The notes: generated by a model not told the origin, from the sequence alone. A stretch of DNA of 64,000 nt from Elusimicrobiota bacterium (GCA_016180815.1 JACPAN010000004.1:44358-108357), one strand, 5' to 3'; counted from the first letter of the stretch, positions 36,294-46,641 are shown. Translations and numbers: made by a program.

Positions 36294-37940
36294 TTAAGGC
36301 GCGACCGGTTCCCTCTCGATTTTTCGAAATAGGGGGCCGATCTCGCCGAACAAGCGTCCGGGCTCAAGCTTGGGGGCGCGCTCCCCCCAGTCTCCGGGAC
36401 CCAGCGGCTTGTCAAAGCCCAACATGGACCAGGCGCGGGTCGCGGAAAAAGGCAGGTAGGGATGAATGGCCACGGTCAAACAGCGGCAAAGATCCAACGC
36501 CGCATACGTCACGCTTTGGCAGCGCGCAGGGTCTTGTTTGGCCAATTTCCACGGCGCCTGGCCGTTGACATACTGATTGCCGGCCTGGGCCATGGCCAAA
36601 ATTTCGCGCAGTCCCTTTTTGAATTCGCAGGCTTCGATGGCTTGGCCGGCGGCCTCAAGATGACGCTTGGCGGCGGCCTCAAGCATCGCTTCATCGGGTC
36701 CAGGGATGGCCGACGGTTGAGGAATTTTGCCGAATGTCTTCTGGGCGAATAACAAAACACGGTTGATCAAATTGCCGACCGTCGACAGCAGCTCATCGTT
36801 ATTTTTTTGGATGAAATCATCCCAGGAAAAATTGGCATCCGACGCCTCCGGCATGATGGACGCCAGGTGATAGCGAATTTGATCGGGATCGAACGCCTCC
36901 AGGCACTCGGTCAAACTCGCGCCGATACCCCTGCTCTTGGAAAATTTCTCGCCGGATAACAGCAGGTACTCGTTGGCCGGGACATTGGTCGGAAGATTCA
37001 AGCCGCCCAACCCCAAAAGAATGGCCGGCCAGATAATCGTATGAAAAGGAATATTGTCCTTGCCGATAAAATAATAGGACTCTGCTTGGGGATTCGTCCA
37101 AAACTCTTCCCAGGCCTCCGGGGAACCCGAATCCTTGGCCCAGAATTGAGCCGCCGAAAGATACCCGATCACCGCCTCGAACCAAACATACAGGCATTTG
37201 CCGTCATGGCCGGGCAGGGGCACAGGCACGCCCCAATGAAGATCACGGGTGATCGGCCGGTCGTTCAATCCTTCTTTGATCCAATTTTGCGTGAAGCGCA
37301 GGACATTGGAACGCCAGCCTTTGCGGCTTTTTAAATAGTCCTCAAGTTTGGCGGATAAGGCCGGCAGCCTTAAATAATGAAGCCTGGTTTCCCGGAATTC
37401 GGGTCTGTTGCCGCAGAGCCGGCAGCGCGGACTTTTCAGGTCGGCAGGGTCCAAGGTTTTTCCGCAGCGATCGCATTGATCCCCGCGCGCGTCAGGCGCT
37501 TGACAATGGGGGCAGACGCCTTCCACGTAGCGATCCGGCAAAAAACGATTGCAGGCAACGCAAAAAAGGGCCTGCGAGGCCCTTTCAACGATTAATCCCT
37601 TCTCCAGAAGCGTTAAAAAAATCCGCTGGGCGACTTGTTTATGAAACGTATCTGTGGTGCGGAAATAGCATTCGATGTCCACGCCCAAACGCTTCAACGC
37701 GTTGTGATTTTCCGCATGAAAACGATTGACGATTTCCTGCGGAGTCTTTTTTTCCTTGTCCGCGGTGACCGTAATGGGCGTGCCGTGCTCGTCCGAACCC
37801 GACACCATAAGCACCCGATGACCCCGAAGGCGATGATAACGCCCGAAAATGTCGGCCGGCAGCCAGGTGCCGGCCACATGCCCCAAATGAAGCGCGCTGT
37901 TGGCATACGGCCAAGCCACGCCGATGAGAATCGTCCGCAT
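36294..37940 (-). CDS. metG: Methionine--tRNA ligase
   Basis: AWPYAN..LHLGH, GSDEHG, Zn-knuckle CxxC pairs, YVWFEA, GKDNIPFH, KFSKS. Confidence 0.97.
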   Translation of the reverse strand: MRTILIGVAWPYANSALHLGHVAGTWLPADIFGRYHRLRGHRVLMVSGSDEHGTPITVTADKEKKTPQEIVNRFHAENHNALKRLGVDIECYFRTTDTFHKQVAQRIFLTLLEKGLIVERASQALFCVACNRFLPDRYVEGVCPHCQAPDARGDQCDRCGKTLDPADLKSPRCRLCGNRPEFRETRLHYLRLPALSAKLEDYLKSRKGWRSNVLRFTQNWIKEGLNDRPITRDLHWGVPVPLPGHDGKCLYVWFEAVIGYLSAAQFWAKDSGSPEAWEEFWTNPQAESYYFIGKDNIPFHTIIWPAILLGLGGLNLPTNVPANEYLLLSGEKFSKSRGIGASLTECLEAFDPDQIRYHLASIMPEASDANFSWDDFIQKNNDELLSTVGNLINRVLLFAQKTFGKIPQPSAIPGPDEAMLEAAAKRHLEAAGQAIEACEFKKGLREILAMAQAGNQYVNGQAPWKLAKQDPARCQSVTYAALDLCRCLTVAIHPYLPFSATRAWSMLGFDKPLGPGDWGERAPKLEPGRLFGEIGPLFRKIEREPVAP

Positions 37941-38018
37941 CAAATAATTGTAGCGGATTCCCAAGCGAGGGGGTCCGCCCGGTATTGAAAAATTCGCCAT
38001 AACGGCCTAACCTAAAAT

Positions 38019-39182
38019 ATGGAACGCCGCCGCTTAAATGCTTCAGCGCCGGTCAAGGCCAAAGCAACGCCAAATACACGGCCGGAAACGCCAAAAACAG
38101 GCTTTTCCGCGAATCGGGAAACCCTAATAGTCGGGGGCGTCGGTTTCTTGATGTTTCTGTTGGGCGCCATGGTCATGTCCAAAATGCTGGGCGCCAACAA
38201 CGAAGAAGTTTGGGAAAACCCCTTATCCGACGAAACCATTCAAACGAATGACCAGGATCAACATGCTTCCTTAGTTACCGCCGAATCCTCGGCCGTATCC
38301 GAGGAATATCTGCATGCCATCGAAACTTCGGCTCCCCCCAACATTCCATCGCCGCCCAAAGCGCACGATGAACCGAAACAGGAAACGACGGAGGATATCC
38401 CCGATTTAACGGTGGAATACGCGGCGCCGGATCATTCCGCTCAAGCAACGGCCAGGGGGCGCAGGCTCGCCCCGCTCCTTGAATTTAAAACCACGGAGCC
38501 GAGCAAAAAAATTTATTGGGTGCTTGCTTCATCCTTGCTGGATAAGGCGCTCAAAAATACGAGCACCACGCGAACCCTCCAGGGTCCGGCCATAGCGCCT
38601 AAACGTCCGCCGGCCACAAAAATTCACGGCCCCGGCACTAGAAAGCTGCCGAATAAACGCGGCGGAGGCACGGGCATTGTGCGCGGGACTCAAAGCACAA
38701 GCTGGCTGATCAGCGGCCCTGTTTCTATGGGGATCGTGGGTCCTGGAGGCGGAAACGAACCGGGCATTGTTTCAGGAGAACCGCCGGGAAGCCTGCCCGT
38801 TGACGTCACCGTCAGAGGTCTTCAAATCAGAATCGCTGTCTGGGATTGCGGAGGAGTCGATGACGAGGATATGCTTAAGCTCACGCTTAATCCCGATGAA
38901 CCCACGGCCCAGCAAGCCGTGATCACGCCTCATTTCCCCCGCGGCCGCACGGTGGATTTCGACCCTCCGGATTCAAGCTTGACCACCGCGGTCAGCTTCA
39001 CTTTGAAAAAAGGCCGCAACAAGCTGCGGTTTACGGCTCTCTCCGAAGGCAGCTCACCCCCCAATACCGGCTGCCTTCGCTATGTGCCGCCCACCGACCT
39101 CATCAAAGGGCCGGCCAACCAAAATTGGAAATCCGGACTTAAGGCCGGGCAGACGCACGACATCATCATTGACTCGCCTTAA
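38019..39182 (+). CDS. Hypothetical membrane-anchored protein
   Basis: One TM helix, low-complexity linker, beta-rich C-terminal domain (WDCGGVDDED...LSEGSSPPNTG). Confidence 0.7.
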   Translation: MERRRLNASAPVKAKATPNTRPETPKTGFSANRETLIVGGVGFLMFLLGAMVMSKMLGANNEEVWENPLSDETIQTNDQDQHASLVTAESSAVSEEYLHAIETSAPPNIPSPPKAHDEPKQETTEDIPDLTVEYAAPDHSAQATARGRRLAPLLEFKTTEPSKKIYWVLASSLLDKALKNTSTTRTLQGPAIAPKRPPATKIHGPGTRKLPNKRGGGTGIVRGTQSTSWLISGPVSMGIVGPGGGNEPGIVSGEPPGSLPVDVTVRGLQIRIAVWDCGGVDDEDMLKLTLNPDEPTAQQAVITPHFPRGRTVDFDPPDSSLTTAVSFTLKKGRNKLRFTALSEGSSPPNTGCLRYVPPTDLIKGPANQNWKSGLKAGQTHDIIIDSP

Positions 39183-39206
39183 GGGACCGTTAAGGAATTA
39201 ATGATC
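39183..39206. repeat. Second copy of IS-end-like 24-mer
   Basis: GGGACCGTTAAGGAATTAATGATC, 23/24 identical to 23589..23612. Confidence 0.75.
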
Positions 39207-39336
39207 CACGTTCCGGACAAAAGTCCCTAATTTACCCAGGTCCTTGCCTGCATATTTTTTAGGACCATGGGCTCAGGCGGATTTTGAGTGTTTCAAGATA
39301 CGCTTATTTGGAATCGCTGAATTTTTAGGAGGTTTG

Positions 39337-39999
39337 ATGAAACGCTCATTCGCCGCCGTGCTTGCCGCCGTATTATTTGTTCCCGCGTTATGCGGAACCG
39401 TCTTAGCCGATGATTTTGAAAAAATCCGCCTTACTTTTGACGACGGCCAAGGCGGCATCCTCCAGGCAGACAGCGGCGGTGGAACGCCGAATCAATCCAA
39501 GAAAAAACAGAATCCTCGCCGGCGCGAGCGCCGGCCCGATCCCCCGCCGAATCAAACCCCGGCCCAAACCGGCGGATCAGTGGTTCGAGACGTTTCTCCG
39601 GATGATGTCGATGCCGTCATCCAGAATTCAACAGCGGCCTTCGTGGTCACGTTTTACTCCCCCACCTGCCCGCACTGCCACAGCTTCCTGCCGCTTCTGG
39701 AGGAAGTAGCCCGCGATTACCAAGGCCGGGTTCTTTTTTTCAAAATCAATGTGGATTCCCATTCGATCTCCGGGCCCGTGCCCACGACCCTTTTTGTCCG
39801 GCCTGACCGGAAAGTCGCGGTTCTGGAAGGCACGCACCCCGACCCGGATGTAGTCAAAACAACGTTGCGCGACACCATCGATAATTTTGTCCTAGCGCCT
39901 AATCCGCCGTCCAACGGGCAACAAAACGGCGGTCAAAATCAAATGCAGCCTCATGTTGCACCCAACCCCGGAGCCAGGCCAGGGAGAATAGACCTTTAA
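39337..39999 (+). CDS. Exported thioredoxin-domain protein
   Basis: AGGAGG RBS; signal peptide; FYSPTCPHC, cis-Pro VPT. Confidence 0.85.
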   Translation: MKRSFAAVLAAVLFVPALCGTVLADDFEKIRLTFDDGQGGILQADSGGGTPNQSKKKQNPRRRERRPDPPPNQTPAQTGGSVVRDVSPDDVDAVIQNSTAAFVVTFYSPTCPHCHSFLPLLEEVARDYQGRVLFFKINVDSHSISGPVPTTLFVRPDRKVAVLEGTHPDPDVVKTTLRDTIDNFVLAPNPPSNGQQNGGQNQMQPHVAPNPGARPGRIDL

Positions 40000-41186
40000 A
40001 CCTGTTGCCTAGGCGCCCAGCGGCGAACCCAGGGTAATAAGGCAAAGGCCGGAAGCGCGAGCAGGAAAGTCAAGGCAAAATAAGTCGTATAGCCGAAGGT
40101 CTGAGCGCCGAAACCAGAAAACGCTCCGGCCACGGAACGCGCCAACCCAAAAAACGCGGATAAGAGCGCATATTGCGTAGCCGCATGCGCTTTGTCGCAA
40201 ATCACCATTAAAAAAGCCAAAAATGAAGCTGTGCCTAAGCCGCCGCAGAACGCTTCCGTAATCACGGCCACATACATCATGGCATCCGATGGCGGCAGGG
40301 CTGCGGCCAAGGTATAAACCAAGTTGGAAACGGCCTGAAACAACCCTAAAATCCAAAGGGCCCGAAAAATCCCCCACTTCGTCGTCAAGCGTCCGCCCAG
40401 CAAGGCGCCCAACACCGTGCTGATAACGCCGACCGTTCCCGGGACAAGCCCGATTTGAAACGGCGTGAATTTCCGGTCCACCCAAAACGTCTTGCTCATG
40501 GGGATGAGCGAATAATCGCCCACTTTAAAGAGAAGAATGAAAATCATGACCGCGATGAAACCCGGGCGGACGAGGAATTGCTTCAACGGGGTCCAGACCG
40601 CATCCATCACCGGCTCCCCAGAAGCTTGCCGTCGCACCGTGGCAAAAGGCGTCCGAGCAGCGGCAGCGGACATCAACAACAAAATCCCCGAGGCAGCCAT
40701 CAGCGCGCCGCGCCAGGAAATCGCTCCGGCCAACGCCACCAGCAGGCCGCCGGAAACAATGAGCGCAATCCGGTAAAACATGACGCGGATGCCGTTGGCT
40801 TGCCCCATTTCGCGGGGATCCAAAAATTCGATCGTGTAAGCGTCGATGGCGATATCCTGAGTGGCTGAAAAAAACGCCATGGCGACGAGCAAGCTCCAAA
40901 AAAACACGCCCGCGGACGAGGGGCTCGGCCCTAAGGCGAAAAAAAGCCCGGATACGGCCAAGAGCGCCAGACAAGCCGAAATCCACATTTTGCGTTCAAA
41001 AAAAACGTCGACGGCCGGAGCCCAGAGGAATTTCAAAGTCCAGGGCAGCCCGATCAAACTCAAGAGCCCGATTTCCTGAAGGCTCACGCCGTAAAAACGG
41101 AAATAAACCGGAAAAGCCTCGTTGATCAAACCGAACGGAAACCCTTCCGCGAAATAAAGAACCGCGACCCAGAAAAGCTTGCCCAT
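39996..41186 (-). CDS. ampG: AmpG-family MFS permease
   Basis: LYFAEGFPFG, LPWTLKFLWAP.VD, SATQDIAIDAY, ATQYALLS. Confidence 0.85.
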   Translation of the reverse strand: MGKLFWVAVLYFAEGFPFGLINEAFPVYFRFYGVSLQEIGLLSLIGLPWTLKFLWAPAVDVFFERKMWISACLALLAVSGLFFALGPSPSSAGVFFWSLLVAMAFFSATQDIAIDAYTIEFLDPREMGQANGIRVMFYRIALIVSGGLLVALAGAISWRGALMAASGILLLMSAAAARTPFATVRRQASGEPVMDAVWTPLKQFLVRPGFIAVMIFILLFKVGDYSLIPMSKTFWVDRKFTPFQIGLVPGTVGVISTVLGALLGGRLTTKWGIFRALWILGLFQAVSNLVYTLAAALPPSDAMMYVAVITEAFCGGLGTASFLAFLMVICDKAHAATQYALLSAFFGLARSVAGAFSGFGAQTFGYTTYFALTFLLALPAFALLPWVRRWAPRQQV

Positions 41187-41671
41187 CAACGAGTATTCCA
41201 AATAACGGATTTGGAATCATTGTGCGCGCAGCCGATGTAAAAGTGGCCCCAATTGATCGAGGTGTTATTGTTGATGTACTTCCAATTGCCTGTATCCACG
41301 GTGGAGGAGAACTCGACGCTGTTGACCTCGTCGCCCCCGGTATTGTGATGCCCGGGATTACCGACATCCGAAAAAGCCGGGATAATGCAATCAAGAGCAT
41401 CCTGGGATTTTAAATACTTGCTGTTGGCGAACAGCGCGTCGATATCCAATGGCGGCATGCCTTCGGAATCGCTGTAATAGATGGAGAGGGCGCTTCGAAT
41501 CGCCGACAAATTGCCCCGCGTCCTGCCTTCCTGGGCTTTTCTGACCAGTTCGGCGAATTTAGGAATCGCAATGGCCGCCAAAATGCCGATGATGGCGACT
41601 ACGATCATCAGCTCGACCAAAGTGAAGCCTCGGGGCCGTTGAACATGAGCCGATGATCCCACGCGCAACAT
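41186..41671 (-). CDS. Type IV pilin-like / GspG-like prepilin
   Basis: RG|FTLVELMIVVAIIGILAAIAIPKF. Confidence 0.9.
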   Translation of the reverse strand: MLRVGSSAHVQRPRGFTLVELMIVVAIIGILAAIAIPKFAELVRKAQEGRTRGNLSAIRSALSIYYSDSEGMPPLDIDALFANSKYLKSQDALDCIIPAFSDVGNPGHHNTGGDEVNSVEFSSTVDTGNWKYINNNTSINWGHFYIGCAHNDSKSVIWNTR

Positions 41672-41747
41672 TCTAACTTTATGGATTTAAAAATATCAGT
41701 ATGGAGGGTATGGAGATAGCCGGAGTGTATTCGATAAAATAAATGCC

Positions 41748-42521
41748 GTGGGCAAATTTTTACATGTCAAATCCCCCTGGCTTTTAAGCGGCGGCGCCGT
41801 CATCGCCGTGGGGCTGGCCACCGTCGTCGCCTTGCGCCAGCTTGGGCGCGTGGCCGAATCAATCAACCGGGAGAGCGCGGCATCCGCCCGGGCGGCCAAA
41901 GAACGCGGCCGCTCGCTCGAGTCTCTTCCCCGGGAACTTGCCGGCAGCCTCAACGAAGCCGCGGCCGAGGCTCGAGCGCCGATTCCCGGCCGGCCGGACA
42001 ACCCTCCGGCAACCGTTTCGAAAAAAAAGAAAAAATCCGAAACCGCCAAGCAACCCGCGCCCCCGGCAAAAACAACGGCGCCATCCAGGGGCCCTTCAAA
42101 AAGCGATTTGACGGAATCCGAACTCCTGGCCATACTCGCTCCTCAGGATGATTCCTGCTCCCCCAAAAAACCCGAGCCATGCGCCGAAGAAACCGCGAAA
42201 AAAGAATGGTCCGGAGGCGGCGGGCCTGAACAAGCGGGGACGCTCATCGCCAAAAACGAAACCGAATGGAAAATTCTTTGGGGCAAGGTATCGTCCGAGC
42301 CGCCGCCTGTCGTGGATTTTTCAAAGGAAATGGCGGTGGTTATATTCGGCGGCAAGACGAGGGAATTCAGCCTGGAAATCGCGGGGATTGGCGAAGAGCC
42401 CGGGAAAATCGTGGTGCGCTACCGGCGCTGGCCGGGGCTGCCCAAGGGCGGGCATCCCTACATCATTCGCCTGGCTCCAAAATCCGATCTTCCGGTTGAA
42501 TTCAAAATAACGGATCGCTAG
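41748..42521 (+). CDS. Membrane-anchored protein with PrcB C-terminal-like domain
   Basis: EWKILW...PPVVDFSKEMAVVIFGG...PYIIRL. Confidence 0.7.
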   Translation: MGKFLHVKSPWLLSGGAVIAVGLATVVALRQLGRVAESINRESAASARAAKERGRSLESLPRELAGSLNEAAAEARAPIPGRPDNPPATVSKKKKKSETAKQPAPPAKTTAPSRGPSKSDLTESELLAILAPQDDSCSPKKPEPCAEETAKKEWSGGGGPEQAGTLIAKNETEWKILWGKVSSEPPPVVDFSKEMAVVIFGGKTREFSLEIAGIGEEPGKIVVRYRRWPGLPKGGHPYIIRLAPKSDLPVEFKITDR

Positions 42522-44686
42522 CGATCCATTCGATCGAATGCATCAAGCAACGCGCCGCGTCCGACCTCGGCCGGCGCCAGGCCGCGCGTAACGCCGAATT
42601 GCGAATTAAGCTCCTCGCCCGCCATCAAGAGTTCCAAGCCTTCGCGATTACCCTGGGTGCGCCCCGCCTCAAACAAATAATCGGCGAACGCATCCACGAA
42701 CTCTTCCGGCGTGCCTTGCCTTAGGATATCTTCCATGCCCGCCGGGATCATATTGTTTCTAATCCAATCAGCCACCAAACGCAATTTCTCCTGATAGGAT
42801 AGGGCGCTGAAGGTCCCCGGATTCATGTTCATGGCTTTGATGCCGACATTGTAAATCAACCAGTCTTTAAACGCGTCTCTGTCTGAGGCGGTCAACGGCG
42901 GCAAGGGCGTTAAGCGGCCGCTCATCATGGCGCCCATGGCCAATAAATCGCCGGCGTTGCGTCCTTCCCCGCTTAATTCGTTCATCAGGCGATTGCGCGT
43001 AATCCTTAGGGCCAAGTCGCTCAAGAGCTCAGGGTCTTGGGTGATGCCCAGCGTAGCGTCGACCACCGGCAAGCTGCGATAAAGCGACATGCAATCCCTC
43101 AGCTCGGGATTTGTATACGTATAGCTGCCGTCTCCCGCCGGACCGGAAAATTGATGCCCTTCTTCGTCGGCCATGATGCTCGAACAGGCCAACCGCAGCA
43201 ATCCTTCCCGAACCCCCGGCGAGCTGTCGAGAAACAAAGAAATAATCCTGCCGTCTTCGGGGTCATTGCGCAGTTCATCAAGCACTTGATCCCGGGCCGC
43301 CACCAACCCATCCGACGACGGCACGGGTTCGCGGCGGGAATTCCTGGAGTTCACGCCGAAGGCGCCCTGTCCGTAGACGCTGACGGGGCCCGCATCCAAA
43401 TTTCCGCCCACCGCGAAAAGAACGCCGCCGGCGGTGCGCTGGGCTCCGCCATAATCGATCGAGTCGACAAAACCGTTGACGCCCACGGCCAACCCACCGA
43501 CCGGTGAAACCGTCAAGCCGGCCATACCGCCTTGCCTGAAAAACTCGATGTCGCGGCCTTCCTCCCGGTAATATTCCCCCGTCACTTCGAAAGGCCGGTC
43601 CCAGGCCCTCCCTCCTACGCGAAGAACGTGGCGCTGCTCAACGGTCATGGGCGGCCACCAATCCGTGACCGTTAAACCATTTAATTGGACCCGGCTTTGC
43701 ACCTCAAAAAAACCGTCGGGAATAAACGGCAATCCGCTCCAAACGCCGACGCCCGCATGGGGAGCATGGTCGAAATGAAAACCGACCAAATCGCTGTAAG
43801 AACCTTGGGCGTCCTCTCGAACCCTCAACGCCTCGCGCAAAGGATTAAGCCCGACGGGCGAATAATTTTGGCTGTCGCCGATAAAAAGGGCCGCGGCCGC
43901 GCCGAGGGGATTCCTCGGCCGCCAGCGCAAACCGAAGCTTAAATCGGTTTGGCCGTTGCCGTAGATATGCGGCTGTCCTGTGCCGCCGTCTAAATTGGTC
44001 CAGGTATCCACCACCGCGGTCACCGCGGTCGCTAAATCAAAATCTCCGCCCAGATGAAAACCCCGCGCCAATTGAGCCTCCATGCTGGCAAACAACAGAT
44101 GATAAGCGTTGAATGAAGAATCCGGGGCCCCGGTCATTGCCAAAGCATCCTCAAGACGCTGCGCTCCAACCGAATCCGGATTAAGGCTTGAGCGAAAAGC
44201 GTCCCGCTGGGCCTGGTTCCAGCCGCGGCTGAAATCTTGGCTCTCGACCAATTCCTGGGCGAAGGCGTCGGTTTGATCGCGAGAGGAGGCCGCGCCTTCA
44301 TGATAGCCGTCAAGAAGCCGCGCGCTGCGGGCGTTCTCGCCGGGGAAAGGGCGGCCCTGTAGTTGAAGGTAACCGGTGCGCAGACCAAAAAGAAAATGGG
44401 TTCTCGTGTCCGGACTTGTCTGCCAGCGGCCTTCCAAGGCCGCAAAAGGGCTGGGGTCGAAGTGATCGGAGCCGTTATTTAATCCAAAAATCCCCAGTTG
44501 AAGCTCAAGATGCGCCGGGTCCAGATTGACGGCCATATACGTATTGGCGTCAGGGCGAACGGGGAAGCCCTGCGGCCGATGGCTGCCGTCAAAGACTTGG
44601 GCTCCTTGCTCGGCGTCCTGAGCAAACGCCGGGGAATCCACCCAAAGCAAGGGCGCGCCGAAAAAAAGGAACAGGGTCCAGAGCAA
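42518..44686 (-). CDS. Large hypothetical exported protein (possible beta-barrel N-terminal part)
   Basis: 722-aa ORF with signal peptide; amphipathic beta-strands then helical C-terminus. Confidence 0.65.
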   Translation of the reverse strand: MLWTLFLFFGAPLLWVDSPAFAQDAEQGAQVFDGSHRPQGFPVRPDANTYMAVNLDPAHLELQLGIFGLNNGSDHFDPSPFAALEGRWQTSPDTRTHFLFGLRTGYLQLQGRPFPGENARSARLLDGYHEGAASSRDQTDAFAQELVESQDFSRGWNQAQRDAFRSSLNPDSVGAQRLEDALAMTGAPDSSFNAYHLLFASMEAQLARGFHLGGDFDLATAVTAVVDTWTNLDGGTGQPHIYGNGQTDLSFGLRWRPRNPLGAAAALFIGDSQNYSPVGLNPLREALRVREDAQGSYSDLVGFHFDHAPHAGVGVWSGLPFIPDGFFEVQSRVQLNGLTVTDWWPPMTVEQRHVLRVGGRAWDRPFEVTGEYYREEGRDIEFFRQGGMAGLTVSPVGGLAVGVNGFVDSIDYGGAQRTAGGVLFAVGGNLDAGPVSVYGQGAFGVNSRNSRREPVPSSDGLVAARDQVLDELRNDPEDGRIISLFLDSSPGVREGLLRLACSSIMADEEGHQFSGPAGDGSYTYTNPELRDCMSLYRSLPVVDATLGITQDPELLSDLALRITRNRLMNELSGEGRNAGDLLAMGAMMSGRLTPLPPLTASDRDAFKDWLIYNVGIKAMNMNPGTFSALSYQEKLRLVADWIRNNMIPAGMEDILRQGTPEEFVDAFADYLFEAGRTQGNREGLELLMAGEELNSQFGVTRGLAPAEVGRGALLDAFDRMDR

Positions 44687-44820
44687 CCCTTAATGGTACT
44701 GAGTTTCCCGGCAATCTGACATGGGTCTTAAGACCCTTAAATGCTGGGCCAAAAGGCCCTGATCAAAAAAGATCGAAAGGCCTTCCTCAAAGGCTCCCGG
44801 CAGGGTAGAATGCGCTATCC

Positions 44821-45468
44821 ATGAACGATCGCGACATTCATCAAGCAATTCGAATTTTACGCCGCGAAGTCCGCCGATGGAACAAACCCATTGTCGGGCA
44901 TTATAAAAACAACCCGTTTACCGTACTGATCAGTTGCGTTCTTTCGTTGCGCACGCAAGACAAGACAACCGAAGGCGCCAGCAAACGCCTGTTCGCCCAA
45001 GCCGAGACGCCGCAGGTCATGACGGCATTGCCCGTCAAAACAATCGAAAAGCTGATTTACCCGGTCGGGTTTTACCGGACTAAAGCTAAAAATATCAAAG
45101 AAATTTGTCGAATTTTATTGGAACAATATCAGGGCAAGGCGCCCGATGAAATCGACGAGCTGATGAAACTCCCGGGCGTCGGGCGAAAAACGGCGAATTT
45201 GGTGGTGACCTTAGGCTACGGCAAGCCGGGCATTTGCGTGGATACGCATGTCCATCGCATCAGCAATCGCTGGGGCTATGTCAAAACCAAAACCCCGGAG
45301 GAAACGGAAATGGCCCTGCGGCGCAAGCTGCCCAAACAATACTGGATCAAAATCAACGATTTGCTGGTCGCCTACGGTCAAAACCTTTGCAAACCGGTGT
45401 CGCCCCTATGCAGCCGATGCCGGCTGCGGCCCTATTGCGCCAGGAGAGGAGTTGAGAAAAGCCGTTAA
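44821..45468 (+). CDS. nth: Endonuclease III
   Basis: LSLRTQD, LPGVGRKTANLV HhH, VDTHVHRISNR, C-x6-C-x2-C-x5-C. Confidence 0.95.
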   Translation: MNDRDIHQAIRILRREVRRWNKPIVGHYKNNPFTVLISCVLSLRTQDKTTEGASKRLFAQAETPQVMTALPVKTIEKLIYPVGFYRTKAKNIKEICRILLEQYQGKAPDEIDELMKLPGVGRKTANLVVTLGYGKPGICVDTHVHRISNRWGYVKTKTPEETEMALRRKLPKQYWIKINDLLVAYGQNLCKPVSPLCSRCRLRPYCARRGVEKSR

Positions 45469-45474
45469 AAGGAC

Positions 45475-46641
45475 CTACGGCAAAACCTTGACGAAGCCGC
45501 GCTTGCCCAGATTCACGACGGCCGGGGAGGACAGCTCGACTAAGATATCCTCCTTGGCGACCTTGCCGTCTAAGCGCACACCGCCTTCCGCAATCTTTCG
45601 TTGAGCCTCTTTGCGGCTGGGCGCCAAACCGCTTAACGCAAGCAACTGGGACAAAAAAAGCTTCTTGTCTTTCGGCAGGCGGAATTCGGGCATGCTTTCC
45701 GGAAGCTCGCCGGATGAATGCACGCGCTCAAAATGCGTTCTGGCTGCGTCCGCGCCCTGTTTGCCGTAAAACTGAGCCGTAATCGTTAAAGCCAACAGCT
45801 TCTTGGCTTGCATCGGGTGCATGGTTCTCATTTGGGTCAAATCAAGCCCGGTCAAGAGTTCGGCCCATTGCCACATGGTGTCATCTGAGACCGACATCAC
45901 CTTGCCGAAAATATCCTCAGGCTTATCCTTGATGGACACGGCGTTTCTGTAGGTCTTAGACATTTTTTTAACGCCGTCGGTCCCCACCAGAATGGGCAGC
46001 GTCATGGTCACTTGAGGCTCCTGCCCATGATCCCTCTGCATATCCCGGCCGAAGAGAAGATTGAACATTTGATCCGTTCCCCCCAATTCCACGTCCGCTT
46101 TGACGGCCACGGAGTCGTAACCCTGGAACACCGGGTACATGATTTCCAGCATGGTGATGGGTTCGCTTTTTGAAATGCGCGTTTTAAAGTCTTCCCGCTC
46201 CGTCAAACGCGCATGGGTGACTTTGGGCAAATACTCCAAAATTTTCCCGGAGGACATGAAGGGGTCAAGCCACTCCGAATTAAAACGCAATTCCGTTTTT
46301 TCCGGGTCCAAAATCCCAAAGGCCTGCTCTTTGTACGTTTGGGCGTTGGCGTGGATTTCCTCAGGCGTAACCACGGGCCGCGTTTCGCTCCTGCCGGAAG
46401 GGTCGCCCACGCGAGCGGTGAAATCCCCGATGATCAAAACGCCCGTATGGCCCAGTTCCTGGAACGCGCGCATTTTTTTGAGGCAAACCGTATGGCCCAA
46501 ATGAAGGTCCTTGGTCGTGGGGTCGACGCCTAATTTCACCCTCAACGAGCGGCCGCGGCTGAGTTTTTCGGCCAGCTCTTTTTCGGTCGTGACCGAAGTC
46601 GCGCCGCGCAGAAGGATTTTCAGTTCTTGCTCAAGGGCCAT
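45475..46641 (-). CDS. tyrS: Tyrosine--tRNA ligase
   Basis: LGVDPT..DLHLGH, GDPSGR, QGYDS, GGTDQMFN, KMSKT, S4 domain. Confidence 0.97.
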   Translation of the reverse strand: MALEQELKILLRGATSVTTEKELAEKLSRGRSLRVKLGVDPTTKDLHLGHTVCLKKMRAFQELGHTGVLIIGDFTARVGDPSGRSETRPVVTPEEIHANAQTYKEQAFGILDPEKTELRFNSEWLDPFMSSGKILEYLPKVTHARLTEREDFKTRISKSEPITMLEIMYPVFQGYDSVAVKADVELGGTDQMFNLLFGRDMQRDHGQEPQVTMTLPILVGTDGVKKMSKTYRNAVSIKDKPEDIFGKVMSVSDDTMWQWAELLTGLDLTQMRTMHPMQAKKLLALTITAQFYGKQGADAARTHFERVHSSGELPESMPEFRLPKDKKLFLSQLLALSGLAPSRKEAQRKIAEGGVRLDGKVAKEDILVELSSPAVVNLGKRGFVKVLP

